64,000 nucleotides of DNA from a virus (taxonomy: Duplodnaviria; Caudoviricetes), in IMG/VR virus record IMGVR_UViG_3300010163_000002, positions 64,001 to 128,000 of that record, one strand, 5' to 3'. Shown here one piece after another: positions 10,301 to 20,277 of the stretch (its first letter is position 1; the number at the start of each line of letters is the position of its first letter). Below the pieces are notes generated by a model. That model saw nothing but the letters and a program-made list of their open reading frames with translations. It had not been told where the DNA came from and made no database searches. The translations under genes were made by a program, and so were the position numbers.

Positions 10301-10506
10301 AATGACTAAATAGCGATACCCTATAAGATGTTTAGTCATTTAATGCCATCTTGTAAAACGAACTTTGTGTGTTGTGACTGTATGGCCTTCCGTTGTTTTA
10401 TTTCGCTGGTATGTTTTTCATTCTGTATCCTCCGATATAGATAGATGCTGTAAATGTACGTGACTCCCGGAGCTGTAGGGTGGCTCCGGGGGTATATTTT
10501 GTTTTT
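10300..10506 (+). ncRNA. Candidate ~200-nt late small RNA
   Basis: Late promoter, 12-bp 5' hairpin (10299-10342), pyrimidine-rich linker with CCTCC, GC-rich terminator 10463-10493 plus T tract. Confidence 0.5.
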
Positions 10507-10514
10507 AGACCTCA

Positions 10515-10526
10515 AACAAATATGTA
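10515..10526 (+). promoter_or_regulatory. Late promoter AACA-N6-TA
   Basis: aaca-aatatg-ta upstream of the 10573 gene. Confidence 0.65.
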
Positions 10527-10572
10527 ATTAATGATACATGTTAAAATTTTTATTTTAAGGAGGATTAAACGT

Positions 10573-11493
10573 ATGGCTCTTCTTAACATTAATAAATTTG
10601 TTAAAGGTTCTGATGATTATGTAGATCACAGCCTCGAACAAAATGCTACGCCTGTTGTTGAAACTATCGATGAAACAAAAAAGAAAAGAACAAGAAAAAA
10701 GAATGAAGTAGTTCCTAGCGCACCAGCTCCTGTTGTACCACAATCAAGCATGTCTTATATTCAGGAAAATATTCCTTATGCTGGAGCTTATGCAGAAACC
10801 ACAAAACAATTAGATGAGACAATTGCCCAACTTAATATATTAGGATCTGATATTGTAACAGACCTCAATATGGTTAGAGCCAATAAAACCATGCGTAATA
10901 AGTATGGTATTATTAATGATATGACTCAGACAGCAGCATCCATTTTGAATGGTAAAATTGCTGCGATTAAAGAAAAGAATTCGACCATTAATACAATTAA
11001 CAAACTCGAACTCGATAGAGTTAAGCAGCTTAAAATTAGTGCATCTGAAGAGGATGATAACACAAAAATTGCAAATCTATATAATGCATTTATTAACACC
11101 CCTGTTGGCGCTGGGCCAGGATTACTTGCTCCGCCAATGCAGGATATTATCGCAGCCGGCCCTTCAGGACCTAATATGCCTGTAGTGTCTCTCGGATCTG
11201 ATCAGCAAGCATGGGAGGCTAGTCTTGATCCCGCTCAGAATCGTATGGTTCTTGAGGCAAAAGGCGCTATAGAAACAATAGTTGTATATGATGAAGCAAC
11301 AGGAAACAGATGGTTTGATGTGGTTGATAAAATCACAAGACAATCTGTGCCAAATGTAGAAAAACCTGATAATTCTTATATCTATGATTTGGATATAAAT
11401 ATCAGGGGTGGATTCGCTAAGGATTCTAATCGTGGGGTAACATATCCATTAGTTGTAATTAATAATGGGGACCAGAGCATTATGCAATATTAA
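10573..11493 (+). CDS. Hypothetical late protein (helical N-domain, small beta C-domain)
   Basis: Start refined to MALLN after AAGGAGG; own promoter and terminator. Confidence 0.8.
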   Translation: MALLNINKFVKGSDDYVDHSLEQNATPVVETIDETKKKRTRKKNEVVPSAPAPVVPQSSMSYIQENIPYAGAYAETTKQLDETIAQLNILGSDIVTDLNMVRANKTMRNKYGIINDMTQTAASILNGKIAAIKEKNSTINTINKLELDRVKQLKISASEEDDNTKIANLYNAFINTPVGAGPGLLAPPMQDIIAAGPSGPNMPVVSLGSDQQAWEASLDPAQNRMVLEAKGAIETIVVYDEATGNRWFDVVDKITRQSVPNVEKPDNSYIYDLDINIRGGFAKDSNRGVTYPLVVINNGDQSIMQY

Positions 11494-11500
11494 AAGATTG

Positions 11501-11524
11501 CCCTGAGGGATTACTCCCTCAGGG
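11501..11524. terminator. Bidirectional terminator
   Basis: ccctgaggga-ttac-tccctcaggg. Confidence 0.8.
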
Positions 11525-11533
11525 ATACATTTG

Positions 11534-12163
11534 TTAATATACAAAATATCTACACTTTAATTCTGCATACATTCGTGAAGAATCTTCATATAAATCATTT
11601 ATAGAGTGAATTAATATGTAATCCAAAGTATCAATACTATCTATCATTGCAGCATCTAACTTACCAACAGCATAACTTCCTACACGGGTAGATGAAGTCC
11701 ATACGAAATAATAAAATAGATCATCCTTTCCCAGTATCATCATATCATTTGGTATATGGGAAAGATAAACAGCGCCATCTTTTTGTATTTCATATTTAAT
11801 TGAATTTACGTATGCTGCCCAACTAAGTTTTGGAGCTGTATCGCTAATAAGATAGCATTTGTGTATAGTCATATCATTTAGCATTTGTATAGCTATATCA
11901 GACACGCTTCTAATGAAATATGTATTTATTGGTATTCTATTTAATCTCTCTGTTTGATTAGGAATGCGTTCAAATTCAAACAAATCCAATATTGAATATT
12001 CATCTTTATTCGAATCATTATATAAAGAAAAATTTTTTAAATCCAATGTTGCCATAGATAATAATGTCATTATATCATATTCAGAATTATTTTGACAACG
12101 CGATAATGCGTATTCTAATAATCGTCTTGCACTATTGTCATTAAATTTTTCAAATTCTCCCAT
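11534..12163 (-). CDS. Hypothetical protein (possible paralog of 37487..38068)
   Basis: 209 aa; ILGKDDLFYYFVW...VGKL motif. Confidence 0.7.
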   Translation of the reverse strand: MGEFEKFNDNSARRLLEYALSRCQNNSEYDIMTLLSMATLDLKNFSLYNDSNKDEYSILDLFEFERIPNQTERLNRIPINTYFIRSVSDIAIQMLNDMTIHKCYLISDTAPKLSWAAYVNSIKYEIQKDGAVYLSHIPNDMMILGKDDLFYYFVWTSSTRVGSYAVGKLDAAMIDSIDTLDYILIHSINDLYEDSSRMYAELKCRYFVY

Positions 12164-12164
12164 C

Positions 12165-12536
12165 TTAAATTTTCCTTTCTTGTAAATTTGCTATTTGTCT
12201 TGCTATAATAGATGCCTCGTTGTACTGTTTGAGAAGTATATGAGTTCGAAAAGCATCATATAAACCATCTGCCATCAAATTCGCACATAAATTTTCCTCA
12301 TTATACCATTCTAATGGGCAATATATACATATGCCAGCGTACTTATGCGCCATAAATAGCGCATATTCGCAGCAAAAGCAGTGGTTATTTATTGGTTCGT
12401 CTAATTTTCTTATATTGGTCAGATATCTCATTTTAATCTCAACAGCAAATTCTGGCCTTATCTCTTCTATATTATCAGCAATCCAATTCCACATTTTTCT
12501 GTGTTCTTCGATAGCCTGTTCTCTGGTTAATTCCAT
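12165..12536 (-). CDS. Cys-rich hypothetical protein
   Basis: CFCCEY...CIYCPLEW...C; AAGGAGG RBS. Confidence 0.75.
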   Translation of the reverse strand: MELTREQAIEEHRKMWNWIADNIEEIRPEFAVEIKMRYLTNIRKLDEPINNHCFCCEYALFMAHKYAGICIYCPLEWYNEENLCANLMADGLYDAFRTHILLKQYNEASIIARQIANLQERKI

Positions 12537-12630
12537 ATTAATATTCCTCCTTTATTCTTTTGCAATCTTATCTAGCCACTCCATCTAGTAGAAAGTTTAC
12601 TAAACAGATTAACTGGCTTAATACAATAGT

Positions 12631-15324
12631 TTAAAATTTCCATATTATATTACCCCCATATACAGTATTAGCACCATCTTTTAAAATAATAAGATCTGCC
12701 ATTTCTGTAGTAAGCTCGCTGTTATGCGATATCATAAAGCATTGTTCACACTGTAAGATAGCCATAATCCTATCTATTAATGTTAGGAAGTAAGACCTAT
12801 TAAATGCGTCAAGAGATTCATCCATCTCATCAAGCGATATTATATTGTATTTAGTTGCAGATTGATGAAGAATTGCATATGACAATATCATACTTATCAT
12901 AGACTTCTGTGCTGTTGACATAGAACTTATATCATCATGCATTAATCCAGAACCCAAACAAGGAATTCTAAATTCTTGTTCATTTATAACAAATGGCTGC
13001 AATACAAATTCTCCGTCAAATAGTAAAGACAATAACTCATTTGCTGTAGATATTATCTTATTCATATATAATTGCATGTATAAAGTCTGAATACCTGTAG
13101 ATGATGAAGAATAGTATCGTATCTTTTCAATCTTAGTATATTTATCATTATACTCTGCTAATTCAACTTTATAATCAGCAAGTAATATTAATGAATGCTT
13201 TATTTTGTTTCTTTCTTCATTTAACGTATTAATATCGTTTTCAACAGCATTCATGTTAGTATTTAATTTGGCCAAATTATCCTCAAGTGTATTTAACTCA
13301 GAAGTGTTGTTCTCTAACGTTGTTTTTACCTTAGATAATTCAGCTTGTTTTTGCTCAGAAGGAATCAATGAGTCATTTATCTTAAGGTATAGATCCCTAA
13401 CTTTAGAAATGGTAGTTTCGAGTGATATTATAGATTTAGATGTTTCATCTATATCCATATTTGTAGATTCTATTTCTGATGACACAGAATCTATTTTTCC
13501 AGATATTTTGTTTATATCATCAATTATAGAATCTATTATTTCGCCCTGGGTTTCATATATTTTATACTCAATCTGATATGTATGAAGATGATCTATAGCA
13601 ATTTTATATTCTTCAATCATGTTTCCACAATCTACAAATTTATATAATTCATCTATATCATCAAAACTATCCATTTGAGTTATTCTATATAAAAACGTTT
13701 GAGCAAAATCTTTTCTTACTGGTAATTTATTTATAAATGCTATTTTAGAATTTAACTCTCTTTCTATATTTTTTATACAAGATAATATATCCCCATACAG
13801 CGTATATTTATCTATAGTACTATCTATACCACATATATCTGCATTATATTGTGATATCGCTTCTTCTAATTTACGCATTTCATCTTCTGGATATTGGGTA
13901 TTTGCTTTAATTGCAGACTCTATATAAGGGCAAGAATCTATAGTGCATCCCAATGGTCTATTAACTAATTCTGATGCTATCTCTCTCTTTGCTCTAAATA
14001 TATTATATCTTTCATTAAGAGCAATTTCTTCAGATCTAAGTCTAGATAACTCATCTTTCATAGATGGAATTAATCTTATCTTATCTACAACTGCATTTGT
14101 ATTATTGATTACTTCATTTATATCTTCTATAGAATATGAACTTAAAATGTTATAAGCCATATCTTTAAGATATTTCAACGATTCCATTGCTGAATCAAAT
14201 TCTGCCCTGGATATAATATTTATATTTGATAATCTCATTTGCTTAAACACCGCCTCGTGTTCAGCAATAGTATTACTAAGTTCAGCAATCATTCTTTTTA
14301 ATTCTGTAAAATCGTAATCAGACTGAAGAGAATTTAACTTGGCTTGCTTTGATTGCAATTCTTTAACATCATACTCCCTTTCAGATAATAATACAGGAAT
14401 CTTGGATTTTAACGAGTCTAATTTATTATTTAAAGATATTAGTTGTTGTTCTAATGAATCTAGAAATGGCTTAACGTATTCTACTCCATTAATGCCGTAT
14501 TTGTTCATTTGTCCATATACAGAATTTTTTAAAATTTTTACAGTACCGTTAACATCTTTAAGATCTGATACTATTTGGTCATAATTATTATCTCTCAATA
14601 TATTTATATAGTCAGATATTCTAACCTTTACTGCAGCTATTGCTTCTATAGTCTGATTTTTTTCTTCTTCAAGTTTCTTTAATCTAGATTCAATATTACC
14701 AAGTTTAGCGTTAAGCTGTACTTCATTTCCCAAATAATCAATCTTGTATGTAAGAGAGTTGATTAATGATTTAAAAGTAGATGCTTTTTTGGTAAGATTC
14801 TTATAAATGGCATTATAAGTTTCCAGATTATGTATTATTGAATTAACCAACTTCTTACGTTCTGCAGGTTTGGAATCAACCAAACCTTTATTTTCAGATG
14901 TAAGCTTAGACAATGACAAGTAATTAGAATCCAAATTAAATTCTTCAAATAAAATATCTCTACATGATGAAATATTACCATTCGGATTTAATTCTACTAA
15001 AGTACCATTTATTGTTTTGGATATATATCCCTTTGTTGTACCCCTACCGCTATTGGTTATGGGATGAATATACTTAATAACATAATCTATACCATTATTA
15101 CTTAAAACTACAGTTTTTCTTGCCTCTGCATTAGGAATAAAATTATCATTTGTATCTGGATTTGGACTTATGGCATTTAATAAAGTAGACTTACCAGATC
15201 CATTTTTACCTCTAATAATAACTTTATTTGTAACGCATTTTGTAAAATCTATATTAATCTGAGTTAATCCCATGCCATTATATATTCCGATATAATTACA
15301 CAATTCTATGGATTTATACCTCAT
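12631..15324 (-). CDS. sbcC: SbcC/Rad50-like SMC ATPase
   Basis: Walker A GKNGSGKST, long coiled coils, central CxxxxC hook (CTIDSC), signature MSTAQ, Walker B SLDEMD, ISH. Confidence 0.9.
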   Translation of the reverse strand: MRYKSIELCNYIGIYNGMGLTQINIDFTKCVTNKVIIRGKNGSGKSTLLNAISPNPDTNDNFIPNAEARKTVVLSNNGIDYVIKYIHPITNSGRGTTKGYISKTINGTLVELNPNGNISSCRDILFEEFNLDSNYLSLSKLTSENKGLVDSKPAERKKLVNSIIHNLETYNAIYKNLTKKASTFKSLINSLTYKIDYLGNEVQLNAKLGNIESRLKKLEEEKNQTIEAIAAVKVRISDYINILRDNNYDQIVSDLKDVNGTVKILKNSVYGQMNKYGINGVEYVKPFLDSLEQQLISLNNKLDSLKSKIPVLLSEREYDVKELQSKQAKLNSLQSDYDFTELKRMIAELSNTIAEHEAVFKQMRLSNINIISRAEFDSAMESLKYLKDMAYNILSSYSIEDINEVINNTNAVVDKIRLIPSMKDELSRLRSEEIALNERYNIFRAKREIASELVNRPLGCTIDSCPYIESAIKANTQYPEDEMRKLEEAISQYNADICGIDSTIDKYTLYGDILSCIKNIERELNSKIAFINKLPVRKDFAQTFLYRITQMDSFDDIDELYKFVDCGNMIEEYKIAIDHLHTYQIEYKIYETQGEIIDSIIDDINKISGKIDSVSSEIESTNMDIDETSKSIISLETTISKVRDLYLKINDSLIPSEQKQAELSKVKTTLENNTSELNTLEDNLAKLNTNMNAVENDINTLNEERNKIKHSLILLADYKVELAEYNDKYTKIEKIRYYSSSSTGIQTLYMQLYMNKIISTANELLSLLFDGEFVLQPFVINEQEFRIPCLGSGLMHDDISSMSTAQKSMISMILSYAILHQSATKYNIISLDEMDESLDAFNRSYFLTLIDRIMAILQCEQCFMISHNSELTTEMADLIILKDGANTVYGGNIIWKF

Positions 15325-15404
15325 AATATCACCTCATTAATTTATTATTCTTTATATCATTGTAAACTGTATTATATTATTGCAATATTTATAAGGCAGG
15401 AGAC

Positions 15405-15719
15405 TTAACTCCTGCCTTTGTTATTTTTGCTTAATCCATATCCAAACTGTTCTAATACTGCTTTATCAATTACAGGTATAGGGAAACCATTTCTCCAATC
15501 CATAATGAATTTTCTTCCACATCCCATACAAATCATATATTTTACTTCGTTTTGTAGTAATACATGTTTTATATCTCTTAACGAATGCCCGCTATCTATA
15601 AGGCCTTTATATCTTATACACGTATTGGAGTCATTTACAGCAAATGATAAAAGATCTCTACCACATTTCGGGCATATATATGGAGTAATTACAGTGCACA
15701 TTTCTTTCAATTCATTCAT
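15405..15719 (-). CDS. Zinc-ribbon protein
   Basis: CPKC...CMGC. Confidence 0.75.
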   Translation of the reverse strand: MNELKEMCTVITPYICPKCGRDLLSFAVNDSNTCIRYKGLIDSGHSLRDIKHVLLQNEVKYMICMGCGRKFIMDWRNGFPIPVIDKAVLEQFGYGLSKNNKGRS

Positions 15720-16548
15720 TTTTAGTTTCCATCCTGTTTATTTTAGCGCTGTTGTCTGTATACAGTGCGGTAATAATTTCAGAAAATAAAAGAGACTCTA
15801 TCCAATCATACACGCATTTCCATTCTTCTAATCCATCAGTATTGATAAACTGATAAATTTTAGCTAACTCTTCGTAAGTTATCATAATTGTTTGACGCTG
15901 TTCATAGCTATTAGGAATAAGTTGGATCGCGCCAAGCAAATATTTCTTTTCTAGCGTATTAAGATATTTCTTTCTGTAATAATTTAATAATTCAATGGTG
16001 TGTAATAGCATGTTATTAGAAGTTGTTTCAACACAATCTGTAAAAGTATTTCCCAAAATAATGGTTGCTTCATCGTCTATTAAATACTCATAACTAAAAT
16101 CTTTTAGCTCAAATTCCTTATTACGAATAATACGCTCTATGTTGCAAGGGCTAATAACTTTACCTACTTCATGTGCATTGAATTCATTCCACCAATATAA
16201 TGGCGCGGTAATATCTACATATACTACAATCATTTGTCTATATTTGTCGTATATGGATTTATCTTTAACTAACGATAGCATAAGATAATAATCGTTATAA
16301 CCAACCTTGAATGTTCTATCGAATTCATCCTTGCCACATGGTTTTATCCCATATCCATATTTTAAATCCATGTCTATCATTGCTTGATTTTTGGTTGGAT
16401 TTTTAAGAAGCGCGCAATGAGCGCACCCAATATGGTTGTCTCCTCCGCAATATCCACTATTTCCTTCATCCAAATTATTCATAGCGGTTCTTAATCCACG
16501 AATAGCATGCTCCCATCCAACTACTTCTGTATTTTCTAATTTAATCAT
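15712..16548 (-). CDS. Degenerate ThyX-like (thymidylate-synthase-complementing fold) phage protein
   Basis: GWEHAIRGLR, VYVDITAPLYWWNEF, PNSYEQRQT and LEEW match a common Firmicutes-phage ThyX-like family. Confidence 0.55.
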   Translation of the reverse strand: MIKLENTEVVGWEHAIRGLRTAMNNLDEGNSGYCGGDNHIGCAHCALLKNPTKNQAMIDMDLKYGYGIKPCGKDEFDRTFKVGYNDYYLMLSLVKDKSIYDKYRQMIVVYVDITAPLYWWNEFNAHEVGKVISPCNIERIIRNKEFELKDFSYEYLIDDEATIILGNTFTDCVETTSNNMLLHTIELLNYYRKKYLNTLEKKYLLGAIQLIPNSYEQRQTIMITYEELAKIYQFINTDGLEEWKCVYDWIESLLFSEIITALYTDNSAKINRMETKNE

Positions 16549-16559
16549 TTAAATACCTC

Positions 16560-17180
16560 TTATCGGATTCCGTATAATTGTAAGTCTATTCCTTTACTTA
16601 ATATTTCATTAATCGTATCAACACTCATATCGCTAACATCATTCTCATCAACGCGTTTAAACATATTGAGAATATGAATTGCTACTATAGCCTTATTCCA
16701 TCTTAGAGCATTCATTAATACACTACCCTGCAAAATGTTAGAGATATTGCATGTTGTCACATAAAATATTTCTACCAATTTCTTAATTGCATCATAATAT
16801 ACGGAATTACCCATCTGCCTGGCAAGTATAGATGCAGGATCATCTCCTTCAGGAACATTTTGTTTTATATTAAAATAATCTAAAAAGATTACGAATATAT
16901 CTGTGCCATTCATATGAATGAAATCATAAAATTCCAGCGTATCATTTCCAATACAATTAGTTGTAAATGTCACAATATATTCATCTTCTTTTAATATAAA
17001 ATCCAACTGTTTTGGTTTATTATTAGGATCAAATTTACATAAATTGTTCTGCAAAACTGAAATAATAATAGGGTCCATATCAGTGAATGCAGAATAATCA
17101 TTTTGTTTCTTCATTTTTAATGCAGATAAAAGATATCTATAAAAAGAGACTATCTCATTGTTTTCCATTTTAAGCATCAT
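16560..17180 (-). CDS. Hypothetical protein
   Basis: 206-aa ORF within the operon. Confidence 0.75.
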   Translation of the reverse strand: MMLKMENNEIVSFYRYLLSALKMKKQNDYSAFTDMDPIIISVLQNNLCKFDPNNKPKQLDFILKEDEYIVTFTTNCIGNDTLEFYDFIHMNGTDIFVIFLDYFNIKQNVPEGDDPASILARQMGNSVYYDAIKKLVEIFYVTTCNISNILQGSVLMNALRWNKAIVAIHILNMFKRVDENDVSDMSVDTINEILSKGIDLQLYGIR

Positions 17181-17488
17181 TATTCATCTACCTCCATTGG
17201 ATTTTTAATATTAGCATCACTCAGATGCTGTTCAAAATATTCTTCTCCATATAATATACTTCTTAATTTTGTTAGCGGAATGAAACCATACGCTGTAGGC
17301 ATCATTCTAAAAATTGCATTGCAATTATTGCATATTCCAAGAGCATCATGATTCATGATTTTATAAGCAATAACCTCACCGTCCATATTAGTTAGATAAT
17401 TAGTTGTTTGTATTTCATTTACAATAAATTGTTTATGACCACATATAGGGCACGAGCCTATTGGCACCATTCTGCACATTTCTTTCAA
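17180..17488 (-). CDS. Zinc-ribbon protein
   Basis: CPIC...CNNC; start refined to TTG at 17488 after GGAGGTGA. Confidence 0.7.
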   Translation of the reverse strand: MKEMCRMVPIGSCPICGHKQFIVNEIQTTNYLTNMDGEVIAYKIMNHDALGICNNCNAIFRMMPTAYGFIPLTKLRSILYGEEYFEQHLSDANIKNPMEVDE

Positions 17489-17542
17489 AAAATAATCACC
17501 TCCAATTAAATAAGAACGGAGGGAATTCCCTCCGTTCATAAT

Positions 17543-17779
17543 TTATTTCTTTTTGTGCGGCGTATGTCTGATCTTTCGTATATCACCCTTTACTAACAAA
17601 ATCGCATCTGACTTTGCTTCATCCATATTCAATACAATAGATGTATATTTTTTAGCAATCCCATTTACGACCACGTCACCAAGAGTAGCATTAATTCCAT
17701 GCGCTTTATGGAATAAATCTGCCTCCTGCTCAGAATATACGAAATATCTAAAATACATCGACGGAACTTTATTAGCCAT
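17543..17779 (-). CDS. Small hypothetical protein
   Basis: 78 aa, GGAGG RBS. Confidence 0.7.
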   Translation of the reverse strand: MANKVPSMYFRYFVYSEQEADLFHKAHGINATLGDVVVNGIAKKYTSIVLNMDEAKSDAILLVKGDIRKIRHTPHKKK

Positions 17780-17803
17780 AATTTATTTAGCCTCCCCTTT
17801 ATA

Positions 17804-19576
17804 TCATTCTTCCGTATAAAACATTAACCCATCTCCAAACAAATCTATCCCAGGAATAAACTGTTCTTGAGATTGAGTGTACAGCTCATAATCGATTAAA
17901 GTCTTAGCAATTTTTATGCAATCATTTAACCTATCATTATTACTTTGTTTTCCTGTAATTGAAGTTACTATACTGCACATTTCCTTCTTGGCGTTCATTT
18001 TTCTATATATATCAATAACCTTCGCAAGCTCGGATTCCCAGCTAGATGGTTCTTCATATTCTGTAAAATGCCCATCATGCAATTGTACTAACGGGCATAT
18101 AGTTCCGCTAATTCCCGGATCTGAATTTGACGAACTGTCAATATCAACTCTACCGAGATGCGACGGATGAATAGATCTATATGCATTCGATATTGCATTT
18201 GCTTTTTCGCCTATTCCAGATACACCTTTATAGGTATATTTAAGTGCAGTTATAGCATCAAGATCGTTTACACAATCTTTATAATTAACTAGCTGGCATT
18301 TTATTATTGCATTAATCAGATACATTGGCGGTATTCTTATAGCCTTTCTTATTGTTTCAAGATTAGCTTTATCACCCTTATCAGAAATACGATAAATACC
18401 AGTAGCCAATTTTGATGCATAGTATGAAGCTAAATACTCAGCCCATCTTACTTTTTTAGTTGATATATCAAGATTTTCTTTGCGTCTTAAGCTATTGAAT
18501 TCATACATCATCCATCTCAATACGCAATATACAGTATCTTTATTTTCTGGCTGAAGTTTAAGATCCTCCTTGGTCATAATATCATATATGAATTCCAAAG
18601 AGCCAAGTATGTTATAACCTTTTTCGTACATACTATCAAAATCTTTAACCGTAAACTCCGCTCCTAATGATTTAATCCATTCTCTACCATTGAATATATC
18701 GTTAAACCTCATATTACTGGTTTTAAACATAATATACATGGTATATACAAATGATTGAGCCACCTGTACAGAATCATATATCATTTTATTTATTACGATA
18801 TATATACTATCCCTTATGGGGAATATATAATTATCTTCTCTGCTATACCCATCTGCGTTATTAACTACAAAAATCCCCGTTATTCCAAGAAACTTCATAG
18901 CACCATAATAACCCATTTTAGCACCAATATATTTCATAAGAAGAAGAGACTTCTTAAACATATTGGCAATGAAATATGTGCATGGTATAGAATCTCCATT
19001 TATATCGGTGATGGTATTTGTGTATCTGTAAACCCTTATGGGCATGAATACAGTCTTAAATGTGATAGACTGTTTCTTTGCATTTTTAGATGCGCTATTA
19101 TTATAAGTACTAGCATCTACAATCTGGTACATCGCTGAGTACATATTTCCATTCAACCTGAAATAGAAATGGTTAACAATTCTTGGTATTGCGATATATA
19201 CTGTTATACGATCGCTAACTAAACCATTTTTCTTTTCAAATATTTGGATATAATAGTCCACTTTAATGATTTTCAAATCAGAGTCTCTTAAATTAATGAA
19301 CCCATAAGGATTATCTCTTGCCTTTTTCTCATTTGGCTTTTTGCCTTTATTGATTACGGATTCTTCATATTCCCAAAGTACATGATTAACGTCATCGTAA
19401 TCATCAATTACTTCAAAATTCTCGACCTTTATTGTAAAGGTCGAATCTCGTTCACACGAATAGATTACTTTTCTCAGTGCATCTATAAGATCTTCATCAT
19501 GCCTATTAAATAATTCATCATTAAACTTAGGCCTGAATTGATCATTATACATGTGTATTAATTCTCGTTGTTTCAT
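17804..19576 (-). CDS. Non-virion multisubunit RNA polymerase, beta N-terminal subunit
   Basis: YFRLNG; RSIHPSHLGRVDIDSSSNSDPGISG resembles beta [23 protein letters not shown]. Confidence 0.85.
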   Translation of the reverse strand: MKQRELIHMYNDQFRPKFNDELFNRHDEDLIDALRKVIYSCERDSTFTIKVENFEVIDDYDDVNHVLWEYEESVINKGKKPNEKKARDNPYGFINLRDSDLKIIKVDYYIQIFEKKNGLVSDRITVYIAIPRIVNHFYFRLNGNMYSAMYQIVDASTYNNSASKNAKKQSITFKTVFMPIRVYRYTNTITDINGDSIPCTYFIANMFKKSLLLMKYIGAKMGYYGAMKFLGITGIFVVNNADGYSREDNYIFPIRDSIYIVINKMIYDSVQVAQSFVYTMYIMFKTSNMRFNDIFNGREWIKSLGAEFTVKDFDSMYEKGYNILGSLEFIYDIMTKEDLKLQPENKDTVYCVLRWMMYEFNSLRRKENLDISTKKVRWAEYLASYYASKLATGIYRISDKGDKANLETIRKAIRIPPMYLINAIIKCQLVNYKDCVNDLDAITALKYTYKGVSGIGEKANAISNAYRSIHPSHLGRVDIDSSSNSDPGISGTICPLVQLHDGHFTEYEEPSSWESELAKVIDIYRKMNAKKEMCSIVTSITGKQSNNDRLNDCIKIAKTLIDYELYTQSQEQFIPGIDLFGDGLMFYTEE

Positions 19577-20193
19577 TTCTCAGGCCTCCCTTGAGTTAAA
19601 TCTATATTAAACTCCTGATGCATTGGATTAGGTACATTCTCGTCTTTATCCCTTATGGTTAAATCCACAGATAGATCAAATGCATTAGAAATACTAATCA
19701 ATTTACCAAGAGTAATAGAATTACCCTTAATAAGCCTCATATCATTTTGGAATTGATCAAAACGATCTTCGTATTGTTTTGGATCTATCCTCTTAAGATT
19801 AAGCGCATTTTTAAGAGCTTTCATTTCAGGAGTATCTTTTTCTCCAATCTTAAGCTGTAGTACATTTTCTGACGTAGTCATAATTTCATCCTGAATGTCT
19901 CTTATTAATTGTCTTTTCTGAAATATTTCGTCAATGCATTTTGCATTATCGAAATCTATAATTTTGTCTGCCGAATATTCTGCCTCATTATCCGGTTTAT
20001 TTACTATAGCCACCATAGCCCCTGGTTGATAATATATTCCTGGCCCAGATTCTGTACTTCTATTTCTTATAGGAAGCACTCTATCGCCCACCTGAATTGC
20101 TGTAAATTTTGGTGTATATAAATCTGGATTTTCTGTATACTGCTCCATTGTACATACGGAATACATTTTATCCTCTATATTTACTTTCTTCAT
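19573..20193 (-). CDS. Putative Xre-like HTH DNA-binding protein
   Basis: C-terminal SITLGKLISISNAFDLSV; coupled to RNAP beta. Confidence 0.5.
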   Translation of the reverse strand: MKKVNIEDKMYSVCTMEQYTENPDLYTPKFTAIQVGDRVLPIRNRSTESGPGIYYQPGAMVAIVNKPDNEAEYSADKIIDFDNAKCIDEIFQKRQLIRDIQDEIMTTSENVLQLKIGEKDTPEMKALKNALNLKRIDPKQYEDRFDQFQNDMRLIKGNSITLGKLISISNAFDLSVDLTIRDKDENVPNPMHQEFNIDLTQGRPEK

Positions 20194-20277
20194 ATTCTTA
20201 CCATGCCTTTCAAAAAATTAAAATGTCTGGTAAGAACCTAATCTTACCAGACATAGTAATCCCTGCATTATTTCGGT

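Noticed and set aside
10289-10342. Apparent ABA'B' pseudoknot (aacatctta/taagatgtt plus the 12-bp stem)
   Set aside because: Arm A is the promoter itself and lies upstream of the predicted TSS, so it would not be in the RNA unless there is read-through
10343-10444. 33-codon Cys-rich ORF (MPSCKTNFVCCDC...) inside the sRNA candidate
   Set aside because: No RBS; the ATG abuts the 5' hairpin; TG-rich composition explains the Cys
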